This document shows positions 1-8,514 of a stretch of DNA of 64,000 nt, one piece after another. Source of the stretch: a virus; the IMG/VR virus record IMGVR_UViG_3300033485_000002, positions 104,261 to 168,260 of that record; one strand, given 5' to 3'. Below the pieces are notes generated by a model, which was given only the letters and a program-made list of their open reading frames with translations, did no database searches and was not told the DNA's origin. A program made the position numbers and the translations under genes. The stretch's first letter is position 1; each line of letters starts with the position of its first letter.

Positions 1-144
1 GACATTCTGTCGGTGGAAGAGCAGAACTACCTCGCGGACAATGACACCTACCTGTCGGCGATCCTGGAGCATGTGACCGAAGTGTCGTTCAGCTTCGAGC
101 CTACAAAGGAGCGGTGGGATGATAGACCTTCAAGCGAACGGTGA
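1..144 (+). CDS. 3' end of hypothetical protein (truncated by window start)
   Basis: Frame 1 open from base 1 (DILSVEEQNYLAD...) to TGA at 142-144, overlapping the next gene start. Confidence 0.55.
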   Translation, partial: DILSVEEQNYLADNDTYLSAILEHVTEVSFSFEPTKERWDDRPSSER

Positions 145-502
145 CATCATCATGATGGACGACATCGAGGAGGATAGCGCGGCTGCTCGGGTGGCTACCC
201 TGCTGAAGCAGGTGAACGATCTGGAACGCAGGATGGAGAACATGACCCTGCTGCACCAGCAAGCGATGCAACGTCAGGAGCTGGAGCACAAGAAGCAGAT
301 CGGGGAGCTGTACGATGAGTTGCTGGCGAAGACCAAGCACTTGAGCAGGGTGCAAGAGAGCGTGTTCGCGCTGCGGCGGAAGATCACCGAGTTGTTCGGT
401 GAGGTGTTCAATACTTTGGAGATCCCGACTCCTCCCGCTACAAACAACATGAATACATTTACTGTAGAGACAACTAAAGATATCCGGTTAGATGACCGAT
501 AG
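119..502 (+). CDS. hypothetical coiled-coil protein
   Basis: AAGGAG SD upstream; heptad-like LLKQVNDLERRMENM segment. Confidence 0.7.
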   Translation: MIDLQANGDIIMMDDIEEDSAAARVATLLKQVNDLERRMENMTLLHQQAMQRQELEHKKQIGELYDELLAKTKHLSRVQESVFALRRKITELFGEVFNTLEIPTPPATNNMNTFTVETTKDIRLDDR

Positions 503-530
503 GTGTTTCTGCATCTAATAGGAGTATTGG

Positions 531-830
531 GTGGTATACCATGTATTGTTCATTTACACTCCTTACAAAGAGCCGGAACGTTGGGTGCAGGGGCACAAAT
601 CCTTTGAGTGGGACACTCGGCCTGTAACATGGGAGGAGATGCAACTTGTGTATCGCTTTCTAAAGTTACATAAGCAAGCGAGTCATGTGTACATCTATGG
701 CATCAAGACAGATGCAGAGTACCAAGCACATCCACATAGGTGCGTATACAGCAAAGGACCACGTAAGCTGAATAAGGAGGAGGAAGGGGAATATGGCGAC
801 GTTGCGTGCGGCTCAGGTTCAGAAAATTAG
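531..830 (+). CDS. hypothetical protein
   Basis: AGGAG SD before GTG; tight + strand packing. Confidence 0.6.
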   Translation: MVYHVLFIYTPYKEPERWVQGHKSFEWDTRPVTWEEMQLVYRFLKLHKQASHVYIYGIKTDAEYQAHPHRCVYSKGPRKLNKEEEGEYGDVACGSGSEN

Positions 831-1002
831 GAGCCAATGGCGAGGCAACGGAGGGGATAAGACACTGTATGAGCTTAAGCAACTTTACGAGATGACGGTC
901 AACGAGATGTATTGCATTCTGTCCACATGTGATTTCGAGGCGATGCGGCGAGCGAACAGTAGGCACGGGTGGAAGGTCCACTCGTACCGAGAGGTGGCAT
1001 AA
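793..1002 (+). CDS. hypothetical protein
   Basis: Purine-rich SD; stop overlaps next ATG (TAATG). Confidence 0.6.
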   Translation: MATLRAAQVQKIRSQWRGNGGDKTLYELKQLYEMTVNEMYCILSTCDFEAMRRANSRHGWKVHSYREVA

Positions 1003-1412
1003 TGGTCCGATTCCGTGGTGTTCCACGTACGAGGGTCAAGTATGAGCCTCGTTACAAGACGAAGCGGCAACCAGTAGGTGCAGCAACAAAGTCAACAGTG
1101 CTGGCCAGATCGGTGAGAAGAGCCATGGACGCATATCAGAAGTTGCATTCAGACCCGGACAAGATGCCTATGCGCGGGCGGACTCTTTGGACCGCCTATT
1201 ACGGGGGGCAACAGGTCTCCATTCGGGCGTCGGCAGTGTCGCCCCATCAGACCATTCGCCGGATGCTGATCGAGCACCTGGGCTACAATCCGGGGGAGAT
1301 TATGCTCGTGCAGGCTGGTGGCCTGGGGCAGTACTACGACGAGGCCGATAGCCAGTGTGAGGTGGATATCGACCTGTTGCATGAGGACGAGCAGACAGAA
1401 AGTTCTCCGTGA
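1002..1412 (+). CDS. hypothetical protein
   Basis: GAGGT SD, ATG 1002 coupled to upstream stop; basic N-terminus. Confidence 0.65.
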   Translation: MVRFRGVPRTRVKYEPRYKTKRQPVGAATKSTVLARSVRRAMDAYQKLHSDPDKMPMRGRTLWTAYYGGQQVSIRASAVSPHQTIRRMLIEHLGYNPGEIMLVQAGGLGQYYDEADSQCEVDIDLLHEDEQTESSP

Positions 1413-1471
1413 TTTAGGCTGTCTTGTAAAGTTTTGCGCAGCTACCTCTTTATTTCTTAGAGGTGCGCAAT

Positions 1472-1591
1472 ATGAGCCTTTATGCGTTAACTCAAAATGG
1501 TAATCGTGCTCTACTCTTCAGTTTCCTAAAAACCGCTGTAGTCATCGTTGTTTTCGGTATGATCGTCATAGGGTTTTTAGGAACGCTTTAG
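1472..1591 (+). CDS. 39-aa single-pass membrane peptide (below ORF-track cutoff)
   Basis: MSLYALTQNGNRALLFSFLKTAVVIVVFGMIVIGFLGTL*; GAGGT SD 7 nt upstream; hydrophobic C-terminal half. Confidence 0.55.
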   Translation: MSLYALTQNGNRALLFSFLKTAVVIVVFGMIVIGFLGTL

Positions 1592-1816
1592 TTCCTCTCA
1601 TGCTTCGCACCTATCCTTTTTCTACAGGGTGCGCCCACCTACAAGCGTGAGCTTTACTCCGTTTCAACATAGTCCTTGATCTTGACACCCTTGCCCTTTA
1701 TTGGTGTGGAAAGGGTGCGTTGAGTTCCGGAAAAAGAAAGGGCAGTAGCCGACCACGGTTAAGGTCGAGGGTTTTGTCCAAGTTATGTAGTAACAAGCTC
1801 CTTTATTTCCTGGAGG

Positions 1817-3685
1817 ATGACCGCCAGGATGGCTAAGCGTCTAACCGAAATTGCCGTAGACCGCATCACCCCGGCTATGGAGAAGACTGTCAAAATGCTT
1901 GACCGCATTATGCGGAACAAGGTCAAGAAGTATGGTGCTTCTCAGCTTGTGACAAAGAGTAAGCGGTTTGGTAAGGATGCCTTTTTCAACGAGTATAAGG
2001 GTAGGGTCATTCGTTTAGGCGGGGGCACTGGCCCGACTGTTCATGTAACTCGTCTTAGAAAGCCAGCTAAGCTGCGTAAGCATAGGGAAATCCCCGGAGG
2101 ACAGTTTGACGATTTGAACAATGCGGTAACTATCAATCCGTCAATTTTTCGGGGCAGCCCAGAGTCGTCACAAAATACTATTGCTCATGAGCTATTTCAT
2201 AGTACAGATCCTGGTGCTTTGATATCAAGAAGTTACAAATTAGGGTCAAAGGGGTACTATCAAGACCCTGCGGAAGTCTCAGCCATAGCTGCAACTGGTT
2301 CATTAAGAACTGTTCGCCATTTTCATCAAAACGATATACCTGACAAAGTTGCCAGGATGAAGATTTCCAGTCGGAACCGAGACGATTGGAGAGATCCCCA
2401 TCTGTGGATGCTAATGCAGAAGAATAGTGGAAGTTCTAAAGTAGAGAGGAAGATCCGTCAAAAGGTGGGGAAGAACCTTCATCGAGCTTATGAGCGGGTA
2501 TACCGCCCCGAGACGTATGTGCCTCGGGCGGTTAAACGGGCGAAGCTGCCCGAGGGGTTGGCTGAAGCCGTTTCCAAGTGGACTCGGCAGGGGTTGCGTC
2601 AGAAGTGGAGCATTTCTCCGACTGTTGATACCCATGTTCCTAATCCGGAATTCGATCAAGTGTTCTCCTTGTGGCAGATGCAGCACCCTCACAAGAAGGT
2701 TGTGGGGAATACTTTGAAGATGGCTAACGAACGTCGTGCGGCTGTGAGTAAACGTAAGAAACTACCGGAGGATATGAACATGCCCGAGCGTGAAGAGCTG
2801 TTAGAGCGTGCCCATGCTTTCTTGAACGAGGGACCAGGAGCCTATGTGAACTCATTGATTGGTATGGCTCCTCATCAGGAGAATCGGGGGCCAACGTATG
2901 AGAAAGCCTACAAAACGTACCAGCACCGGGCAAGAAAAGGAGCGGTGATCGGGGCTGTGACTGGTGCCGCTGCGGGGTTTGCTGGTGGGGCGCTTGCTGG
3001 TGGGATAACTGCGCCTTTTGGAGCTGTGGTTGGGGCACTCGGTGGTGGTGCTGCTGGGAGTGCAATGGGGCAATATTCTGCTTATCGGAAGATAAAAAAA
3101 GCTTCTTACCCGAAACCCGTTAAGCCCACTACCGAAGAGCTTCTCGACCGTGCCGCTGAGTTTTTGAATGAGGTTGTATCTCGGAAGACTAGAGCCGAGT
3201 TGAGTGGGCCGTGGGATGAGCCAGAGGGCAATTACTCATCTCGGGACCATTTGGCATTGTTAGCTAGTAACCCAGGGGACTGGATGGGGTCAAGGGAGCA
3301 ACAAGCGGCTCAGAACACCTTACAGATGAACAAAGAACGAATGGACGCTTATTCTGCTCAGACTGACGCTGCTATTAAGGGTGATTGGTTTAAGGAGCGT
3401 CTTTCGGGTAAAACTCGTAAAGAGATAAAGAATGCTTTTAAACGTTCGGGAGTAGCTTATCCCCATGGACGGCATCCTCGTAAAGATCGTAGAGGTGGTA
3501 GTCTTGACACGCTTATGACCCAATGGCGGAAAGAGCATCCAACGGAAGAGCTATTAACCCAAGCTCGTGCTTTCTTGGATGAAATTGTTGCCCCTCAACC
3601 ATCTCTTTCGCAAAGGGTGGAACGGGCAAAAAAGAAGGGGCCATTGGGTCAGATGTTGGACCCCTACGCCCATGTTAAGTTTTAA
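1817..3685 (+). CDS. basic modular protein, putative internal head polyprotein (HExxH module, glycine zipper, 3x EELLxxAxxFL[ND]E linkers)
   Basis: AHELFH at 2183-2200; linkers at 2792-2830, 3134-3172, 3545-3583; GAVIGAVTGAAAGFAGG zipper; K/R-rich. Confidence 0.75.
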   Translation: MTARMAKRLTEIAVDRITPAMEKTVKMLDRIMRNKVKKYGASQLVTKSKRFGKDAFFNEYKGRVIRLGGGTGPTVHVTRLRKPAKLRKHREIPGGQFDDLNNAVTINPSIFRGSPESSQNTIAHELFHSTDPGALISRSYKLGSKGYYQDPAEVSAIAATGSLRTVRHFHQNDIPDKVARMKISSRNRDDWRDPHLWMLMQKNSGSSKVERKIRQKVGKNLHRAYERVYRPETYVPRAVKRAKLPEGLAEAVSKWTRQGLRQKWSISPTVDTHVPNPEFDQVFSLWQMQHPHKKVVGNTLKMANERRAAVSKRKKLPEDMNMPEREELLERAHAFLNEGPGAYVNSLIGMAPHQENRGPTYEKAYKTYQHRARKGAVIGAVTGAAAGFAGGALAGGITAPFGAVVGALGGGAAGSAMGQYSAYRKIKKASYPKPVKPTTEELLDRAAEFLNEVVSRKTRAELSGPWDEPEGNYSSRDHLALLASNPGDWMGSREQQAAQNTLQMNKERMDAYSAQTDAAIKGDWFKERLSGKTRKEIKNAFKRSGVAYPHGRHPRKDRRGGSLDTLMTQWRKEHPTEELLTQARAFLDEIVAPQPSLSQRVERAKKKGPLGQMLDPYAHVKF

Positions 3686-3700
3686 TGAGGTAATAAGAAG

Positions 3701-4297
3701 ATGAACCCGAACATCGTTAGAGCCGCAGTGACTGCCGTGAAGTCGGGTTCGCATACGCCGAATCATGTGATTGCCCTGCGTAAGGCGCATACCTTCTTGT
3801 CGGCTAACAAGTCCCACGCTTGGAACAAAAGTCCCTCACTCCATCAGGCTTTCAACAAGGTTGGGTTAGGCATAAAGACGGAGAGTGCTATGAGCAAGGA
3901 TAAGGCATTGTTTGCCCAGGTTGTTAACCATCTGATTGAGGAAGAGGGCAAGAAGAAAGCCCGTAAGCCTTGGCCGATCCGGCCCAGTGAGTTGAGCGGG
4001 ATGATCAAAGCCAGCCGTGATAAGAAATGGGGTTATGGGCTTTCGGTGGCGGTGAACCATCCAGAGGTGGGGCAGGTGACCTTCGACAAGTTCTTCAATA
4101 AGCCGAACCAAGTGGGGCACCGGTTGGATACGCGCTCCTTCAGTGATCAGGAGCGGCTTGTGAACTTTCTCAGACGGTATGGAGTGGAGCCTACGATCAA
4201 GGGGCCATCCGCAGGTGGGGAAGCTGCTCCGGTCGGCAAGAAGACCAAGAAGACCAAGAAGCTGAAGGAAACGCTTGATGAGGACCGCGAGTTCTAA
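3701..4297 (+). CDS. basic protein, putative internal head protein
   Basis: GAGGT SD; LFAQVVNHLIEE linker; C-terminal domain paralogous to N-terminus of next gene. Confidence 0.7.
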   Translation: MNPNIVRAAVTAVKSGSHTPNHVIALRKAHTFLSANKSHAWNKSPSLHQAFNKVGLGIKTESAMSKDKALFAQVVNHLIEEEGKKKARKPWPIRPSELSGMIKASRDKKWGYGLSVAVNHPEVGQVTFDKFFNKPNQVGHRLDTRSFSDQERLVNFLRRYGVEPTIKGPSAGGEAAPVGKKTKKTKKLKETLDEDREF

Positions 4298-4299
4298 GC

Positions 4300-6978
4300 A
4301 TGGGCAAGTGGTCGCTTCTTGAGGTTCGAGGCTTCCCGAGCATCACCGGGGAGGAGCTGTTGCAGCTTGTCCAGGATGCTCGGTTCAGGGGCGGGAACAC
4401 ACTCAGCTTCAGGGTGGACATCGATGACCCGGTCAAGGGTTTGTTGTCCTTTCGGCGTTTCCTTGGTAACGGTACCAGTCGAGTCGAGATCCGATCTTTT
4501 GCTAACCGGGACAAGCTGATCGCGTTCCTCGGTGAGCATGGCGTACGTTATAACGTACGGCACCATGTACATGAGGATGTGGGCCACACCTTTACCAGAC
4601 AGGCTACTGGGATTCCTTTCTACGTTAACGGCAACTTTGAAGTTTGTATCGGAAAGCCGGGGCAGTTCCACGCCACGATGAAGGGCTATGAAGCTGATGA
4701 GCGTACCAAGGGCGTGTTCGCCCGTGGTTACTATCATTCGGCAAGGCCGATTCAGGATGTGCCATCTGCGTTGCAGTGGTGGACAGAACATCTGCATGAT
4801 GCCGCAACAATGCAGGAGTTAGAGAGAATAGCGACAGAGGCTTTTGAGAAAAAGGGATACAGGGTGGAAGAGCCTAACTGGTCCAAGTGGTTGAAGAGGC
4901 GCAAAGAGCAAGAGTTTGTGGCACTGCGCAGAGCGGGGAAGGTCATGCAGCGAGAGGGAGCTATCGAACGAGCTGTTGACCAGCTACTCCATGAACATGA
5001 AGCAAAATATACCGGTTATTCTCCATTTGGTGGGGGGATTAGATCTAAAGAAGCACAATCTCATATGAAAAGACTTGGAGGAGAACTTCGTAAGGAGAAG
5101 GGGTTATCATATCTTTTATACCCTGAGTATTACGGCCACTGTGCTCACTGTCGTCAAGATGACAGTAAAATGTGGTTAACGTCGCATAGACAGTGGAGTA
5201 AACTTCCTTTAGAACATCGAGATAAAGTGTTATGTGTGAATTGTTTTCGCAAATTAAGTAATCTAAAAGAAGTACATGATATTACCCAAAAGGTTTATAG
5301 CGAAGCGGTTGACCATTTGCTTGAGGGGGTTCAGGTGACATCAGGTCAAGCTCGACGAGTGGCTGAGCGTATCGGGGCGAATAAGGTTGACCTGGAGCAG
5401 CTCCGTCGAGGGCTTGAGGTTGAGCAGGAGCACGGGGACAAGGACAAGCAGACGGATGTGGTCCCTGGCAAAGATGCTAAAAACCTTGACACCTTCGGCA
5501 AGATCGCCTTGGCTCACCTGAAAGAGATTCCGGACTACTACACCCGGCTCGCCAAGATGGAGAAGGTAGGCAAGAAGGCGGTCAAGGAAGCGGTAGAGCA
5601 TCTGCTTCGTGAAGATTCTATAGCTGACACTCTTCAGACTATGCTTGCGAAACATCGTAGTACAAAGGTTCGGATCAAAAATCGTCCACCGGTACGAGTA
5701 GTTGTCCGTCATAAAGCAACATCTAGATCTCTTACAGGGGCTTATTATCACCCTGGGGAGCAACAGGTATACGTTGGTAAAAAGGGGAAGAAATTTTCGC
5801 CTTTTGAGCGAACAATTTTAGCGCATGAGCTGGGACATCACCGGAATTGGAGCCATGTCCCACTTTCTCCGCAGGGGAAAATGAAAATGGCATCAACTGC
5901 TCAGGCAGCGTACCAAGCTGGGGCGCTTGCAGGTACGGTAGGAGCGCTTGGTGCAAAGACTGATAAACAGGCGAAGGCAGCGGCGACTATTGGCACGGTG
6001 GCGGCATTACCTCGTTATGGGGATGAGGCGTTGGCTAATGCACGTGCGCTTGGGCGTACTGTAGCGAAACACGGAGCGCGGGGGCTTTTAGCAGGTAAAG
6101 CAGGCCCATTACGTGCTGTTGGTGTGAGTATGGCTAGTTATAGCATGTTGCCTGCTATGCCTTGGTTAGCTTATGCCCATCGTCGAGCAATTAGAAAGTC
6201 GGCAAACTATCATGCTCTTCAATCAAGAACCCGGAAACAAATTCAACATGCTGTTCAACATGGGGAGAGCACAAGGCGTTTAGCTAAAAAGTATGATGTG
6301 ACGCGGCGGTCTGTGCGGGCGATGGGCAAGAGTACTCGGACACCTAAGCCATCGTGGCATAGTCATTCTCCTTACTATGGTTATTTTCTTCAAACAGCTA
6401 AAAAGCAACGTCATGGGGTCAAGGAAGCGGTAGAGCATCTGCTTCGTGAAGGCAGGTTCGATTACAAGTCCTCGGTGGGGGTACAGAGTCAGTTTGCCCC
6501 GCAGCAGAAGATGACGTTGCAGAGAGCGGTTAACACGAATAAGTATTCGGCACCGAAGGCTTCACAGCAAGCGGTTAAGCCGCAGGTATCGAAGCAACAG
6601 GAAGTCAAAGAAGCTGCGGATCAGATGCTTGCCGAGGGGTTCTTCAAAGATATGTTGTTCTACGACCTGTCCCGACATCACCCTCGTGCCGGTAGGCGGG
6701 CTGAGCACATGCGTCCAGCGTCTTCAAAGCCTAAGCCAGCTTATGAGCCTATGGGGCGGTATAACCCGGCTACGGTGTATCCGGAAGGGCACCCGATGCA
6801 TCCAGGTACGGTGAAGGCTCCTAGCCCGATAGCAACAACGGCAAGTAGTTCAGCAAAAGCAGGTACGGCAAAGAAGCTTTTTACGCGACGGAGTGCAGCG
6901 GTTTTGGCAGTTCCGCTATTAGCTGTAGGCGGCACGAAAGCGTATGAGGCATGGGCGACTCGTCGTAAGAAAAAGTAG
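4300..6978 (+). CDS. 892-aa modular protein, putative internal head polyprotein (CxxC finger, DUF5661-like, HExxH zincin modules)
   Basis: Five linkers (ERAVDQLLHE, EAVDHLLE, 2x EAVEHLLRE, EAADQMLAE); GLEVEQEH..IALAHLKEIPDYYTRLAKME DUF5661-like motif; AHELGH 5821-5838. Confidence 0.8.
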   Translation: MGKWSLLEVRGFPSITGEELLQLVQDARFRGGNTLSFRVDIDDPVKGLLSFRRFLGNGTSRVEIRSFANRDKLIAFLGEHGVRYNVRHHVHEDVGHTFTRQATGIPFYVNGNFEVCIGKPGQFHATMKGYEADERTKGVFARGYYHSARPIQDVPSALQWWTEHLHDAATMQELERIATEAFEKKGYRVEEPNWSKWLKRRKEQEFVALRRAGKVMQREGAIERAVDQLLHEHEAKYTGYSPFGGGIRSKEAQSHMKRLGGELRKEKGLSYLLYPEYYGHCAHCRQDDSKMWLTSHRQWSKLPLEHRDKVLCVNCFRKLSNLKEVHDITQKVYSEAVDHLLEGVQVTSGQARRVAERIGANKVDLEQLRRGLEVEQEHGDKDKQTDVVPGKDAKNLDTFGKIALAHLKEIPDYYTRLAKMEKVGKKAVKEAVEHLLREDSIADTLQTMLAKHRSTKVRIKNRPPVRVVVRHKATSRSLTGAYYHPGEQQVYVGKKGKKFSPFERTILAHELGHHRNWSHVPLSPQGKMKMASTAQAAYQAGALAGTVGALGAKTDKQAKAAATIGTVAALPRYGDEALANARALGRTVAKHGARGLLAGKAGPLRAVGVSMASYSMLPAMPWLAYAHRRAIRKSANYHALQSRTRKQIQHAVQHGESTRRLAKKYDVTRRSVRAMGKSTRTPKPSWHSHSPYYGYFLQTAKKQRHGVKEAVEHLLREGRFDYKSSVGVQSQFAPQQKMTLQRAVNTNKYSAPKASQQAVKPQVSKQQEVKEAADQMLAEGFFKDMLFYDLSRHHPRAGRRAEHMRPASSKPKPAYEPMGRYNPATVYPEGHPMHPGTVKAPSPIATTASSSAKAGTAKKLFTRRSAAVLAVPLLAVGGTKAYEAWATRRKKK
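5580..5614 (+). repeat. 35-bp exact direct repeat, copy 1
   Basis: ggtcaaggaagcggtagagcatctgcttcgtgaag, identical to 6417-6451. Confidence 0.95.
6417..6451 (+). repeat. 35-bp exact direct repeat, copy 2
   Basis: Identical to 5580-5614; offset 837 bp (279 codons, in frame). Confidence 0.95.
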
Positions 6979-7035
6979 TTTATCTTGTTGGGACTAGCGA
7001 TGTAGCTTTATTCTAGGGAGTATAGGAGACTTAAA

Positions 7036-7839
7036 ATGGCTAAGCAAAAAACTGTATCCTCTAAAGAACATGCAGCGCAAAGTAGAAGGTGGTTAGCCCA
7101 AGTTGGAACAGGGGGACTTGGTGGCTATATGGGGGGGCGTGCTATTGGGTCTGCTATCCCTACTAGTAGTATGACTGCGAAAGCTGCACTTATGACTGCT
7201 GGTGGAGTTGGTGGGGCAGTTGGTGGGTATTATGCTGCCAAATCTCATTTAGGACAGGACTTAAAGCAAATGGAGCGAAGTCCTAATAAGCCAAAGGCAG
7301 CTAAAGCTTTTGCTGCTAATCATCCGGTTGCAGCGGTAATGATCCTGCCGAAGAATAAGTTTCAACAGCAAAAGTTAGCTTCTCGTGGTACTGGTGGGCA
7401 CATAGGGCATGCTCTCCTCCGAAATATGGGGGGCGGCCCAATGAATATTATCCGGTATGGGGCAAAATCCCATTACGCTAAAGCCGGATATTATCGAGAG
7501 GAAGATATGCTTAGAGATGAGCTGATTGAGCAGATTCTAGTAGCTGCTTTAGACGAAGGTAAGCTCCAGGATCTCGATCAAGCGCTTCATCGTCAGCGGA
7601 AGTTTAAGAGCAGGGGGCTTCAGAAGGCTGACAAGTTCTTACACCGCCGCCCAGCACAGGATGTTGGACGAGCTGCCCGTCGTGTGAAGCGTGTTGCTAG
7701 TGGTGCGGCGCATAAGGCTGTCCGTGGGCTGAAACGAACGGATCGTAAGCTGCACCGTTCTTATCAATTTAAGAATAAGGGATTGAAGAAGGTGGACAGG
7801 TTCCTGCATCGGAAGATTGCCGAGGCTGAACTTGCATGA
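7036..7839 (+). CDS. basic glycine-zipper protein, putative internal head protein
   Basis: AGGAG SD; GGLGGYMGG/GGVGGAVGGY zippers; ELIEQILVAALDE linker; duplicated LHRxxxFKxxGLxKxDxFLHR segment. Confidence 0.75.
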   Translation: MAKQKTVSSKEHAAQSRRWLAQVGTGGLGGYMGGRAIGSAIPTSSMTAKAALMTAGGVGGAVGGYYAAKSHLGQDLKQMERSPNKPKAAKAFAANHPVAAVMILPKNKFQQQKLASRGTGGHIGHALLRNMGGGPMNIIRYGAKSHYAKAGYYREEDMLRDELIEQILVAALDEGKLQDLDQALHRQRKFKSRGLQKADKFLHRRPAQDVGRAARRVKRVASGAAHKAVRGLKRTDRKLHRSYQFKNKGLKKVDRFLHRKIAEAELA

Positions 7840-7859
7840 GCGGTAAAGAGTAGTATATT
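7832..7859 (+). promoter_or_regulatory. possible sigma70-type promoter
   Basis: TTGCAT-N16-TATATT upstream of structured RNA and tRNA. Confidence 0.4.
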
Positions 7860-7874
7860 ACCTTTTGAAGGTAA

Positions 7875-7949
7875 GGCAGGTGGGTGTTGGCACAACTGCC
7901 ACCCCGGCCCCCCATATCACCAACACGGGGACCGGGGCCTTCTTTTTTT
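7875..7949 (+). ncRNA. candidate structured RNA (two hairpins with complementary loops, ending in U-tract)
   Basis: Stems GGCAG-GTG/CAC-CTGCC and CCCCGG-CCCC/GGGG-CCGGGG; loop GTGTTGG 7884-7890 complements CCAACAC 7920-7926. Confidence 0.45.
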
Positions 7950-8021
7950 AGGGGCATGGTGTAATCGGTAGCACGCAACACTTTGGATGTTGTGGTTGGG
8001 GTTCAAGTCCCTGTGCCCCTG
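7950..8021 (+). tRNA. tRNA-Gln(UUG)
   Basis: Acceptor AGGGGCA/TGCCCCT; D-arm GTGT/GCAC; anticodon arm CAACA-CTTTGGA-TGTTG; T-loop TTCAAGT; CCA not encoded. Confidence 0.88.
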
Positions 8022-8050
8022 TTTCGGATTTAGTGTGGGGGTCTTTTACT

Positions 8051-8254
8051 ATGGAAAGTGGCAAGATGCTTTACCTTCTTGTGCAACGCACGGAAGTTCT
8101 TCATGGGCATAATGATATCTACGCTGGTGTTTTCGAACTGCGCTCAGATGCGGAAGCGGCTATTGCCCAACAACCTATCAACTTGCGTTGGCAGTTCGTG
8201 ATCTATCCGGTCATGTTTAAGCGGCTACGTACTCCGGAGTATTCGCCTCCGTAG
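8051..8254 (+). CDS. hypothetical protein
   Basis: Small ORF with YAGVFELRSDAEAAI motif typical of small phage proteins. Confidence 0.55.
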   Translation: MESGKMLYLLVQRTEVLHGHNDIYAGVFELRSDAEAAIAQQPINLRWQFVIYPVMFKRLRTPEYSPP

Positions 8255-8274
8255 TCTTTATTGCATGGGGTGGG

Positions 8275-8469
8275 ATGACCAGTTTACTGTACCTCGGGGC
8301 GCTGTTGTTGCTGCTGCTGGTCTGTATCGCTGTCACGAATACCCGCTCCAGTGTTCGTTGCCCTGCTTGTGGGACAATGATGCGGCGGATGGCGAATGCT
8401 GGATGGGGCATGACGCTGTATATCTGTCCTATTTGCAAGAAGTACTTCTATGAAGACGAGGTTGGATAG
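8275..8469 (+). CDS. membrane-anchored zinc-ribbon protein
   Basis: N-terminal hydrophobic helix, then CPACG...CPICK. Confidence 0.6.
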   Translation: MTSLLYLGALLLLLLVCIAVTNTRSSVRCPACGTMMRRMANAGWGMTLYICPICKKYFYEDEVG

Positions 8470-8485
8470 TTGCGGTTGCACGGGC

Positions 8486-8514
8486 TTGACAAAGATGCTC
8501 ACGTCATCTACGAT
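8486..8514 (+). promoter_or_regulatory. sigma70-type promoter
   Basis: TTGACA-N17-TACGAT in an intergenic gap. Confidence 0.65.

Noticed and set aside
5580-6451. 35-bp repeats as a CRISPR, IS target duplication or DGR TR/VR pair
   Set aside because: Only two copies 837 bp apart; no transposase, reverse transcriptase or cas gene in the window; no adenine-specific mismatches
7950-8021. tRNA as a prophage attachment site
   Set aside because: No integrase, no duplicated tRNA 3' end noticed, and phage-like genes on both sides
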